Origin: Cenococcum geophilum
Lineage: Eukaryota
Length of the DNA stretch: 64,000 bases
NCBI GenBank assembly: GCA_050273025.1
Contig: CP158635.1
Coordinates: 10,540,001 to 10,604,000 of the forward strand
Direction: 5' to 3'
The notes under the pieces are model-generated. The model saw only the letters and a list, made by a program, of their open reading frames with translations. It was not told where the DNA came from and did no database searches. Both the position numbers and the translations under genes were made by a program. Below, piece after piece: positions 51,454 through 62,518 of the stretch. Position 1 is the stretch's first letter. Each line of letters starts with the position of its first letter.

Positions 51454-53930
51454 TTAATAAAGAATAGAATAGCGGTCTATTTATAAGATATTACTTAGGC
51501 CTATACCTAATTAAAGACGCACCTTTAGCGCTTAATATTAGTACACCTTCTAGAGTAAATTCGCCACTAATATCCCAAAGATATAATTATAGTTATACTT
51601 AAGCCATTATACGAAATCGCAGAGGTAGAAACTTATTAGTGGGCTACCTATAGTAAGCACTATAAAGAGAAGCTTTTAATAACTATATCTATATTTAATC
51701 CCTACTTCCTTATTATAACTATAGAAACTCTATTTAGAATTATTAGCATACAAACTAATAATATAATTATCTTAAGAGATAACTCATTTTTAGCTCTTAA
51801 AGAAAATAAGCTAGTAAAGGTAAATCTAATAGTAAAACTAAAAGGAAAGCTTAATTTAATAACATTATTACTTTTTAATAGATGTATCCTCTCCCTAAAC
51901 AAGGATTCTATTGCTTTACGCTAGAAGGGTTAAGGTAAAAATATTAACGTTATTAACGTTAATTCTCTAAAGTAAGGATATATAGAGTAACGCGCTTATA
52001 AAGCTTATATTACTTCTATCTGTTAACCTAAGGCTTTTTTTAATTTATCTATTGCCGCTTAATACCAAAAACCAATTAAAAATAACGTTCTTACCCTAAA
52101 TAAGCGTCTTTCTTAGCAAATAAACCATCTTAATTAGGGACTACTCTATGTGCCTATTAATTTTCCCACCGCTAAGCTCTTCGTATTTATTAATAGATTA
52201 TTTATAAATAATAAAGATTTTAGCTTCCAGCTAGGATATAAGATTATTATTATAAATAAATCTACTAAAGAGAATAACTTTATAATCTACGGTAATCTTA
52301 TTTATTAGAGCTTAACTAAGAGTAAGCGCGTTACTTAAAGCGTTCTAGCGTTAGAAATATATAGAATAGTTAGCGGAGTTAATATAGCAATTGCAATTGG
52401 AACTTCCTGCTATTCCTATAATTGTATACACCAACTTATATTCCCTTTATAAGTATTTAATTAAACTTAGTACCACAAAGGAGAAGCGCCTAATAATTAA
52501 TATTATAGCACTTTAGCAATTCTATAAGCGTTAAAAACTCTTTAAGATTTAATAAATAAATAGCTAAAATAACCTAGTAGATGTAATAATAAAGGCGAAC
52601 CCAAATAGGGCACTAGAGACGTTTATTAATATAAATACTCTATATATATAAGTTAAAGGTTAGGTTAAAAGGGAGTAGGAGTATAACATTTTATAAACCC
52701 TAACTTAAACTAGCTAATTAGGATTTTCCATCCCCGGGATAGAAAATCGCTATTAGCTCACTTACTACTAGCGCCTTAGTAGCCCTCCTATAACTCCTAA
52801 ATAAGAAAGCACTACGTACTAAAAGGCAAATTTTAGGATAGTAAGACTTATATTATAATAGTAATAGTAAGTAAAGAGGATTAATATTTATTACGCTAGT
52901 CGAGCGATATATATATATAGATGGCAACCGCAAAAGAAAAGTTACTAGTATTGGGAATATAGGCAAGTTGCCGTCACGCGAGGCAAGTTGCCGTCACGTA
53001 AGGCAAGCTGCCGTTACGTGTTGCCGCGGCACTAGCGTGGCGAGGAGCCTTAAGCTCCTTGCCCTTCCTTAAGCAAGGAAAAGTAGAATAATAATCATCA
53101 TACTACCTACAACTTATAGATACGTGATATCACCTTATATTACCAACAAATACTATCTTAGTAGCTAAATATTTTATTAAATACGTCTTTAAGCTATATA
53201 GACTTCCTAATTTAATAATATCTAACCGCGGAAGATAGTTTGTTTTAAACTTCTAGCAAACTCTATATAAACAATTAAGTATATAAATACGACTCATAAC
53301 TGCATTTTATCTAGAGATAGATAGTTAAACTAAAATTGTAAATATAATTATAGAACAATACCTATAAATATACTACTCCTACCTATAAAATAACTAGAAG
53401 AAGTAGCTGCTATTAGCTAAGTTTACTATAAATAATACGATAAATAAATTAATAGGCGTAACGCTATTCTACGCAACTTACGGACAAGACCCTTATCTTA
53501 GATTTAAACTATAACCTAAAATCAATATAATAGGACCCATGATTAAGCGGAGTTAGTTAATTAACGCGTATAGCTTTGCTAATTAAATAAAGTAGTTAAC
53601 GGAACTACTATAAAGCAAATTAACATACGTTTAAACGATATAGAAATAGCATATAAATAAAGAACAAGCTCCCACGTGGGACTTTAAAGAAGGTAATATG
53701 GTTTACCTAAATATATAAAATATAAAGACTTAACGGCCCTTAAAGAAACTTAATTAGAAGTTTGTGGGCCTATATTAAATTAAAAAGAAGCTAAGCCCGT
53801 ATGCCTATAAGCTTAAACTACTAACTAAGATAAAGATATACCTAACGTTTTACGTAAGCTTACTGTAACCTTTAAAAGGTAAACCTTTAACTTGTAAAGT
53901 GCCGCCGCTACCTCTTATAGTTATTAATAA

Positions 53931-54730
53931 CGGTTATACTACCCAGACCTTAACCTTACTGCTTCCCTTTTTAGTTAGTTTAATTTTGTAATCTATTGCT
54001 GCTTTACTTACCTACTTCTTACCCCTAGCTTACCCGCGACCTACCCACCCACTTATTTTACTTACCCACTTAAACCCTAACTCTATGCTGGTTAAAACTT
54101 ATAGCTTCTTAACTAGCAATAACTTTTAGCGAGGAATTGGGCCCCTTGTTTTAAGGTTAGTATACTAATAGCTAAAGACCGTACTAGAGAAGAAGAGTAG
54201 TAGGAAGTAGGCCCCTTAAGTAGAAATAGGCCCCCCTTTACCATAGCTGCTCCAGCCTCCCTAGCGTCGCTTCTTATCCCCTTTTTATTTTCCTACCCTT
54301 TACTCCTACTCTATCTATTTCCACTACATTTTAACCTCGAATTTTTAACGCTGCCCTTATACCCCCCTTGCCTATTATATCTTCTCGGGCCTCTGAGCCC
54401 CTTAGATTCTTCTTTATAGAGCATTATATGTATCATTTCCACCAGCCTGCGCAGGGTCCGACATAAATTTTATAAACTCTCTATTTAAATAAAACAGTCG
54501 TCTTATAGCAAGCAGGTAAGCTATATATCTTATTATACTTTTCTATTTAAATATTACACAGCAAACAGAGCAGACAAATAGAGTTCTCAGAGCTCTGGTG
54601 TCAAAATTTGCGATATGCAAGGCTCGAAGTAGGGCAACGGCCACGGCCGCGGGGAGGACCCTCTCGCTCCCCGAGCCGGCGGAACAAAGCCTATATCGTC
54701 GGAAGTACGATCGGAAGGCACGGTTAACCA
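53931..54730. repeat. Unclassified RIP-affected sequence ending in a GC-rich structured stretch
   Basis: TpA-rich and not colinear with Gypsy A. GC-rich inverted repeats at ~54620-54677. Family not recognised. Confidence 0.4.
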
Positions 54731-55060
54731 AAACATATTCGGTGAATCTATAGAGGTAATACGCGTACTTCTAATTCTAGTGTTTTGGTGTTCCGCGCAC
54801 GGTCCAACTCTCGTAGGACTTCACCAGGGGAAGGGATATAGCAATGTGACAGCGGTAATGGAGGCAATTAGGACGAATCTTGTGGAAAGTAGACTCTCTA
54901 AACCCAGGGTAAGCACAGCTTTAAATCTCTATCTGGATAGGAAATATCTATTGGATATCCGGTCCAGTCCAATTACATCGCTGGGCCCTAAAACGTCCAA
55001 TTTTGTCCCGAGCACTCACAAGTGGGTCGCATCAACGACACCCAAGCCCCCTTGCACGTC

Positions 55061-56776
55061 CTACGCAATCGCCAAGAAAGATAGCAGCACTCCATACGTC
55101 GCCTGTAGCAAGACCGTCTCCTCCGCCGTATAAGTCCCATTAAACACTGGATCAGGCGTCGTCGTATTGTCCGGGATCGACTTGTCAAACACCAACTGGC
55201 TAACATTATGCGCCGCTCCATCAGTCTGCGGCATCTCTCCGTCCACGAAATAAGCCTTCACGGCTTTCGCAATTCCCAGCGAGGCAATGCTGACAGTCGT
55301 GTGCCCCGGGCCCTCCCGAATCACCAGCCTCGACGAGTTGGGCAGCGCGGCGCGCAGCCGCCGTGCTGACGCAAGCGGCGTGTTCGTATCGTGCCTGTTG
55401 TTGATAATCAGCATGGGTGTCTTCTGCGCAGCTAGGATCAAATCCGCGTCCGAGAGGCTCGCGGCACCAATGTTGGGAATCTGAGCGCGAGTCGTTGGGC
55501 CGTGCCGGCAGAAGAGGATGGGCCCCAGATCGGCGTTCAACCAAGGCGTGTTCTGGTTCAGCGAGATATGCTCGAAGGCCGAGGTGATGTAAGACAGTGA
55601 AAGCTGCGTGGAGGGCGCGTTGTCCATGCACTGCAGCGGGGGGGATGCGAGGATACGGGACCCCTGGGCAGCCGCACTGCGATCGCTTGGTTCCGAGGCG
55701 GCGCTGGCGGACATGATGGCGGCGAAGGTGCTGGGATCACGATCCTCCAAGCTTGCGATAGCGGAGGCGATGAGTGGCCAGGTCGTTGGAACGAGGAAGA
55801 AGGTCCAGAGCAGGGCGCTTAGAATACCGACTGTGATGGAGGAGCTCGAAGAGACCTTGACCGGGTTTTGGAAGACAGCTTCGTGCAGCTTGTATATCCG
55901 GTCGACGAGGTGACTGACAAATGTTGCGTTTGCGGCTAAAGCGCAGCCTTCAGAACCTGCAGCTATACAGAGTGCGGCGAAGTCGTGGATAGCATCGTTG
56001 ATCGAGATCTGGTCGTTGGGAAGTTGCACGTCATACGTCTTCGCATTAGCCGCTGCATCGAAAACGCCATCCAGCACAATTCGTCCGACACGCTCGGGGA
56101 ACGTCTGGATGAACTCGACGCCAAAAATGGTGCCGTACGAAAAGCCCCAGTAGTTCAGGGGCTTGTCAGTGCCGTCAAGTTCGTCCACGATAGCCGCCAT
56201 GTCGCGCACTACATACGCTGCCGTCGATGTGAAAAGCGCCGACGGATTTTTAGCGATGCACGCATCCGCAAATATCCTATACGAGGCATCGAGATCTTTC
56301 AAGCTTGCGCTGACCACTGCGCTGGAGGACGCGTTGCGCAGCTCGCCCAGGGATGTATCAGCTGCTACCAGCAGCTCGGTCTCAAAGTCGTACTCCTCCC
56401 CAACGGTATCGAAACACACCAAGCGCGGCTCTGCTTCGCCAATGCCCCGTGGGTCCCAACCGATGATGTCGTAGAAGCCGCCCGTCAACGCGGAGATGGA
56501 CTCTCCCGCACCATTCAGCACGAAAGATTTGCCAGACGCACCGGGTCCGCCGGGATTGACAAGGAGAGAGCCCTTGCGCTCTCCAGAGGAAACGGTGGCT
56601 TTGTAGCGCGCGAGTGGAATGATCGCAGTCCCACCTTGCCCGCTAGAGGCAGCATATTCAAGCGGGACTGAGAGGGTCGCACAGTCGAGTCCCGTGCCGC
56701 ATGATATCCAGGTAAGTGTCGCTGATGAAGTAATGCCAAAGAATGCGAGTAGTGCTATCGGAATTTTGGTAGGCAT
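55061..56776 (-). CDS. Secreted alpha/beta-hydrolase, TAP-like/peptidase S33-related (571 aa, intronless)
   Basis: Hydrophobic signal peptide. CATLSVPLEY, NPGGPG and WDPRG motifs. Nucleophile elbow GFSYG, LDG motif, and putative catalytic Asp (HDTNTP) and His (GPGHT). GC-rich, no RIP signature. Confidence 0.92.
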   Translation of the reverse strand: MPTKIPIALLAFFGITSSATLTWISCGTGLDCATLSVPLEYAASSGQGGTAIIPLARYKATVSSGERKGSLLVNPGGPGASGKSFVLNGAGESISALTGGFYDIIGWDPRGIGEAEPRLVCFDTVGEEYDFETELLVAADTSLGELRNASSSAVVSASLKDLDASYRIFADACIAKNPSALFTSTAAYVVRDMAAIVDELDGTDKPLNYWGFSYGTIFGVEFIQTFPERVGRIVLDGVFDAAANAKTYDVQLPNDQISINDAIHDFAALCIAAGSEGCALAANATFVSHLVDRIYKLHEAVFQNPVKVSSSSSITVGILSALLWTFFLVPTTWPLIASAIASLEDRDPSTFAAIMSASAASEPSDRSAAAQGSRILASPPLQCMDNAPSTQLSLSYITSAFEHISLNQNTPWLNADLGPILFCRHGPTTRAQIPNIGAASLSDADLILAAQKTPMLIINNRHDTNTPLASARRLRAALPNSSRLVIREGPGHTTVSIASLGIAKAVKAYFVDGEMPQTDGAAHNVSQLVFDKSIPDNTTTPDPVFNGTYTAEETVLLQATYGVLLSFLAIA

Positions 56777-57450
56777 GTTGGAAGCCAGGAAGAATTAGAA
56801 ATGAAGCAGATAGATAATCCGATGATCGCACTCTCGAAATCCACTGGAGGAATGGCAGCCGAATAGGGACAGACAAATTAAACCGAAGCGCAAAGTAAGG
56901 ACCGTAGAAGTGAAATAAGCTGCAAGACTTAAAAGAGCGAAAAGTCGACTGCCAACATGATAGTTTAACCAGAGCGCAACCAAACTTTCTCAAAGAAGAG
57001 CTCAAAGGCTAAGCAACGCAGGTTCATTTCCTTTAATTATGCATCTGTAAAAACTGTCACAAATAAAATGTCGAACTCAGTTACGGGGCGGACCTTTTTC
57101 GGCGCTATCCAGCGGTGTGGAAATAAATCCTAGCGCGCATTTGTAATTTGGCATTATTCGCGACGCTAATCTCCACGCGACTAATTAACACCATTTTTAA
57201 AATAGAACGCTGCTAGAGAAGCGGCCCCCTAGGGGGGGTTTCTGTTTTTTTTATACACGCAGACGTAGACTACTGGCTGCTTAGCGAGCGGATGAGTGAC
57301 CTTACCGCATAGGGTAAATACATGGGCGTATGGCTGGCCTAATGGGTCAATGGTACGCGCGCATCAGCGCCTCATTAGCGGGGGGGGTAAGATATTCGAA
57401 TATATCCACGGCTCAGCGACTCAGCGGGCGCTCAGCCGAGCCGTGAACAC

Positions 57451-57982
57451 CAATTTGCCAGCACGACCCTAACGATCGGCCAGATTGGAGAGTGCGTCTC
57501 TGAAATTCAATCCGGCGAAGTAGTGACATACTATGAGTTAAAGACATACCTTGAACACCGCTGGTGGCGTTACTATAAACTCTTCGACCCTCACCACCGC
57601 AACCGCTGTCCTAGGCATTCCGATCCATGGGTACAACTTTGCGCCTATCACGTCAACGTCTTCATCATCCCCGCCCACCTCCACCTCGACGCCCACCTCA
57701 ATCGCGTCCCCACAAAACCCATCAGCCCATACCGGACTCTCCACAGGCGCCAAAATTGGCCTGGGCCTTGGTATCCCTGCTGTAGCAATCCTCGCAGCAC
57801 TTGCATCCTTCTACATATTCCACGTAAGGCGAAATACCCGTGCTTCTACTATCCCCTCTGAAATATCGGCCGGGAGCACTACACAAAAGCACAAGAATCA
57901 TGAATTGCTTTCGACACAAGCACATGAGATGTTCCAGGACCATAGAGCCGAGCCAGAGGCGAGACATCTGGGCGAGTTGTAG
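57451..57982 (+). pseudogene. Ser/Thr-rich single-pass membrane protein remnant, frameshifted near 57540-57550, no clear start
   Basis: The downstream frame has an S/T stalk, a transmembrane segment GLSTGAKIGLGLGIPAVAILAALASFYIF and a basic HVRR. Upstream coding-like sequence (FASTTLTIGQIGECVSEIQSGEVVTYY) is in another frame, with TAA at 57539 in the downstream frame. Confidence 0.6.
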
Positions 57983-58276
57983 GGATAGTGGAGGATCGTT
58001 TCATTTCGTACTCTTTCTCGAGAAGGCTGTTTTTGCATATTCCTCGGCCTCATAAGCATGGTTTCATGATTAGGGCAGTAGAGTGTTGAAAGTCCTTTCC
58101 TTAATGACTAACAGTATAGCGGTCCAAATTTAAGTCTTCTATAGTGATTCTATGTTCTAGAGACGCTTGTATCTATTATTAGGCGATTTGCTCACTATTG
58201 GAAGCTAAGTGTTTAGGGTGAGGATCTGATACTTCTCTCCTATTACACTCTCAATTATATGTTTTATAAGTTCCTA

Positions 58277-58626
58277 GCTGGAACCACCGCATCGACCTTC
58301 ACCAACGGACGTTCTACCTACGGCTACATCGATAGCTTAACTGGACCAGATCGGGCTCACTGCCTACAACCAGCTCTACGCCGAATATAAAGACGATCTC
58401 CGCATACACGAGAAGCGAAAACAGGCTATAAACGATATCAGCAACTACATCGTTCGCACTACATCGGTAGCCTACCTTCCACTCATCGACGGCCTCAACA
58501 CGGTACATGAACGGCTTTAAGCATTAAAGACTGCACTTGCCCCTACCACCTTAGGTAAAAAGCACGACGTCCTCAATCAATATACGGCTTTGAGAGCCTA
58601 TAACAAAAAACAGAGCATTGATAAGA
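58277..58626 (+). mobile_element. Probable Copia-type gag N-terminal fragment, lightly RIP-mutated
   Basis: Frame LEPPHRPSPTDV...YAEYKDDLRIHEKRKQAINDISNYIVRT...HERL*ALKTALAPT, with two TAA stops consistent with CAA->TAA. Resembles fungal Copia gag from memory only. Confidence 0.55.
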
Positions 58627-59118
58627 GGCGGGCTATATCCTTTATAGTTATAGTCTTAAAACAAGGGAGGGAGAAGGATTATTTACTTAGTCGGTCGATT
58701 GCTATAAAGGCCATATTATAGCTATAGGCGTCCTTTAGGAATAACTTAAAGTCTATTATAATGTATTGCAAAGGACGTGCTAGGACTAGTAGTGGTTATA
58801 GCCACCTAAGAGTTTAATCCCTAGGGGTATCCGCGTGTCTGTAGGCGTAGCAGTTCCTAATAAATCGCTCTATATCAGATAGAAGTCCTTATTAGTAGTA
58901 ATAGGGCGTTAGTAGTTAGTAGGTTTTATCTTAACTAGGGTATACCGTAGAGACTTAATAGTAGGCTTTATGGATTAGCTCAATTTATAGGTTATTAACG
59001 TCCGGAACTATAAGCCGTTTTTAGTATAATAGCAGTCCTTCTTCTACTTCCAAATTAGGGTTACCTTTTATAGCTTAGTCGTAAAGGGCCTTTAGGGAGT
59101 TAGCTATATAGTTTATAG

Positions 59119-59553
59119 CAGTGGTCTTAGTAATAAATGCATGCATATTTTGGCCAAATATTTATTCAATTTATAAGCGCGCCAAAATATTTATGATTTG
59201 AATGCATATAATGAATATAGGTTAGGTATGCTTTATTACCAGTCTTAGTATAGTGCTATAATTAATCATCATCGTCGCTAACGCCTTCCTACACTCTACC
59301 CTAATTCTTAACTACATTTATACCTAATATAAGCTCCTTCTTCCATCCTACTATAAGCCCTATTCTTATCTACGACTTTAAGCACTCTATTTACTTAATA
59401 TTTACTAGTCTAAGCCTTATTTGTTACTATATGTATATTTAGAAGCTTATAAATAATTTAATTCATAAGGGAAAAAAAAATCAATGCATATTATTTGTTA
59501 TAAATGAATATATTTATAAAAATAAATAAATAAAAATATTCTTAGGACCACTA
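59119..59553. mobile_element. hAT-type MITE (435 bp)
   Basis: TIRs CAGTGGTCTTAG / TTAGGACCACTA (RIP variants). 8-bp TSD GTTTATAG at 59111-59118 and 59554-59561. No ORF. Confidence 0.85.
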
Positions 59554-60023
59554 GTTTATAGTTAGGATATAGTTAACTAGTCCTATTAGCTTATTTAGGA
59601 ACTCTCCTTCTATAGGCGCTAGCTTATTCCATTTAGAGTATAGCTCCTTAAAAATCCGTAAATTAAGCTATTTAGGACAGAGGAGTACCTATATTTAGTG
59701 CTAAGCCTTTAGCTCGTCCTAAGGACCTATATCCTATTCCCTTTAAGTTAGAGTATTAGCCTAGAAGTTCTATCTACTAGAATAATATATAATTATAAAG
59801 AAGAATTAGGAGAGTATTTTAGCCCACTAGGCCTATTAACTAGTAAGTTACTTTATTATTATAAAATACTCTAGGGCTTTATAATTTATATATATCCTAA
59901 TCCGGGAGTTTATACATTTAAGCTCTACACACTATTAGGATAGTAATTAGATTATAGCTAGTATTTCCTTATTATATATTTTATAGTTATACTTAGCCAG
60001 GTTTATTATTTTTAAAAAGAAAG

Positions 60024-62518
60024 TGTTGGTATCACCCAAGTGCACTTATATGGCCTATTAATCGATGGATTTGTTCGTTGTCTAATAGGTACAGAAAGTA
60101 GAGGATCGTAAGGATCGCGGTGCCTAAGTAGGGGGTTAATTAGTCACCATAAGGATAACTAATCAAAGACACGTAACCATATAACCTCTGTCCATATATT
60201 CCGACACTAGCAGTTCTTTCTTTATGCTTATAGTGCTGCAGGAAGGTAGCAAGGTAGCAAGGTAATAAGGCAGCAAGGTAGTAAGGCAGCAAGGCAGCAA
60301 GGTAGCAAGGTGTCGGTTTAGCTGGAGGTAGAAGCAGCAAAAGTCTGTTCGGGTAGTAGTACGGTACCAGCGGCGGTAGTAATAGTGGTCAAGCATAGAG
60401 CTTGTCTATCAGTCGGTCGGTTAATCGTAGGCGTACAGGCACGATCATTTGGTCGGTAGATCGCAGGCGTACAGGCATGATTATTCGGTTGGTAAATCGC
60501 AGGCGTATCGGCGCGATCAGTATTGTAATAGCAGGCATAGCGGCGCTATCAGTTTATCCATGGTATATGGCAGTACGGTGCTAGCGTCAGATGGATTGCA
60601 GGCGTAACGGCACAATTGTTTAGTCGGTAGAATGTGACCATATAACCTCTGTCTATACATTCCAACACTAGCAGTTCTTTCTTTATGCGTAAAATAGCTA
60701 TCCTAGCAAAGCTTAGTCTGTATCCAAATTCCCGTTTACATTTTTTAAACGATATCCCTAAACGTGCTTATAGAGAGTAGTATTTAAAGGGAATATAGAT
60801 CTGCATTTAGTACATTAAAATAGTTAATAATCTGGCAGATGCTTAAAGAGCGCTTAACCCAAAGGGAATATAGTAAAGCACTTTTTGTAGGTTTAAGGTT
60901 GCGGGGGTTTATACGAGCTTAGCTGCCGTAGCTCTTTGGCTTTAGTTAATAAAGAGGGTAAAACTAGTAGAGCTTACGCGGACGGAGCTTGTGCGGACGG
61001 AGCTTATACAGATAAAGCTTATTATTACTATAATTGCTTAACTACGCTTTATAACTCCTTAATCTCTTCCTTTTATTTTTAATATGCCTTCTAGACTCTT
61101 TTATACTGTCATTAACATAGGTCTAGAATATCTTACTACTGGCGTAATTTTACTTTAAAAGTCTGCTCTTATTGTTAAACTATATCTTATACATCCTAAA
61201 TCTGTTTTTAGTAAGCGGTTATAGTTAGAAACTCCTATTAGGCTTTATTATTATAGATATTAATATAGTAAGGCCGTCTGGTGGTTAAACAGTTCCCGCT
61301 TTTCCATCCTTTAGGAAGTTGTTATACTATATTAAGAGTTCGTAGCTGCCGTAGACGCTAGCAGAGGGCAGAGGGCAGAGGGTAGAGGGTAGAGGAGGGG
61401 GAGCGCGCTAGCGTTGTAGGCGCGCTATTAATAGGTCTTAATTCCTCTGGCGGAGTTATAATTGTTATAGATACTAGTAGATTTAAGAGGGCAGAGGATA
61501 GGGAGCGCGCTAGCGTTATAGGCGCGCTATTGACGTAATTTCCAACGTGGCGGATCTGCGAGGAAGGTAGTAGACGGTGTCAGGGTTATTAGTAGGTAGG
61601 GGATGGTTTACGGATCTATAACTGCTCTGCTAAGAGTGGTTTAGGGGTCTACTAGGTTATTAGATATTAGGTACTACGCAAGGCTATTAAGTTACTATAA
61701 CGCTGGGGTGCTATATAAGCTGGTATACTGCATATAGTGCTGCTAAGGTAGCTGCTAAAGTAGCTACTAATAGGGTACTGCCTAAAGGCGGTTAGGTATT
61801 GGGTGCTACTAACGCTACTAGGTTGCTATAACGCTAGAGTACTACATAAGGCTATTAGATATTGGTTTATATGCTAAGACGCGTACTAGATATTGGTTTG
61901 CTGCTAAGTTGTATTACTACACTGGGTTACTATATAAAGCTATTAGGTAATTAGATACTGCGCAAGGCTATTAGGTTACTGTAACGCTAGGTACTATATA
62001 AGCTGGTATGCTATATATAGTACTGCTAAGGTAGCTGCTAAGGTAGCTGCTGGGGTACTGCCTAAGGGCGGTTAGGTATTGGGTGCTATTAATAAGCTAG
62101 GGGTACTAGCACTTAGTAAAGAGGTCGTACTGGGTATTAATTTACGTGCTATAGAATGTCTTATACGTTGCGTATTTATATATATTCTAAGCTAGCTAGA
62201 ATTAGGTGCTGCCGGAGCTGCTAATGTGGTTTTGCTGCTAGGTACTGGGTTGCTGCTTTCAATTAAATAAAGCTACTAGGGCAGCAGTGAACCTTATTGC
62301 TCTATAGCCAACCGGTAAGGTTAACCATTAATTAATGTCGGTATCACCTAAGTGCACTTGTATGGCCTATTAATTAATGAATTTGTTTGTTGTCTAATAG
62401 GTATAGAAAGTAGAGGATTGTAAGGATCGCGGTGCCTAAGTAGGGGGTTGATTAGTCACCATAAGGATAACTAATTAAAGACACGTAACCACATAACCTC
62501 TGTCTATATATTCCGACA
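60024..62518 (-). mobile_element. Non-autonomous LTR element K (2.5 kb, TRIM/LARD-like, probably Copia-derived)
   Basis: 183-bp LTRs 60024-60206 and 62336-62518. TSD GAAAG. On the minus strand, the PBS-side TTAATTAATGGTTAACCTTAC and PPT-side AAAGAAAGAACTGCTAG resemble those of Copia G. The interior is largely tandem repeats, with no pol. Confidence 0.88.

Larger units (their letters stand above)
32110..53148 (+). mobile_element. Ty1/Copia element G (~5.9 kb of its own sequence), hosting H and D2
   Basis: 200-bp LTRs 32110-32309 and 52949-53148, each with three AGGCAAG(T/C)TGCCGTCACG repeats. TSD AATAC. Domain order gag-PR (PD(T)GA ~34383)-IN (~34750-35450)-RT (RLIIQGYND ~43396, LKPLY ~51598)-RH. 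Confidence 0.92.
1..53930 (+). mobile_element. Host Ty3/Gypsy element A: pol (RT-RNaseH-integrase) fragments at 1-503, 2680-2881, 24636-25843, 31635-32109 and 53154-~53930. RIP-degraded, 5' part outside the window, 3' end truncated
   Basis: The pieces join across the TSDs into a continuous RIP-damaged pol. Motifs after RIP reversal include PKFGPLY, KGFIRPS, F.KLDIVAAF, YIDDILIYS (~24846), ETDSS, YEIYDKELL, GHPG, IDFVVDLP and HPETDGQTE. No chromodomain or 3' LTR is seen after ~53930. Confidence 0.85.

Noticed and set aside
6469..51902. Short 60-90 aa ORFs from the track within TEs
   Set aside because: Stop-free remnants of RIPped pol or chance antisense frames. The exception is 19753-19944, which is treated separately.
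54620..54680. Possible second HDV-like ribozyme (CC-UCCCCGC-GG on the minus strand)
   Set aside because: No complete P3, matching 7-bp P1, P2 or J4/2 could be assembled. A simple hairpin explains the sequence.
53930..54726. ACGGTTA direct repeat as a possible TSD
   Set aside because: Element A does not resume after the second copy, and a 7-mer match can be chance.
54780..57005. Many ORFs overlapping the hydrolase on both strands
   Set aside because: Shadow ORFs of a GC-rich gene, with no motifs of their own.
60408..60630. Regularly spaced ~36-nt repeats resembling a CRISPR array
   Set aside because: Tandem repeats without unique spacers, inside a fungal LTR element, with no cas genes.
60840..61320. 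Possible degraded minus-strand ORF inside K
   Set aside because: Too many stops and no recognisable motif.
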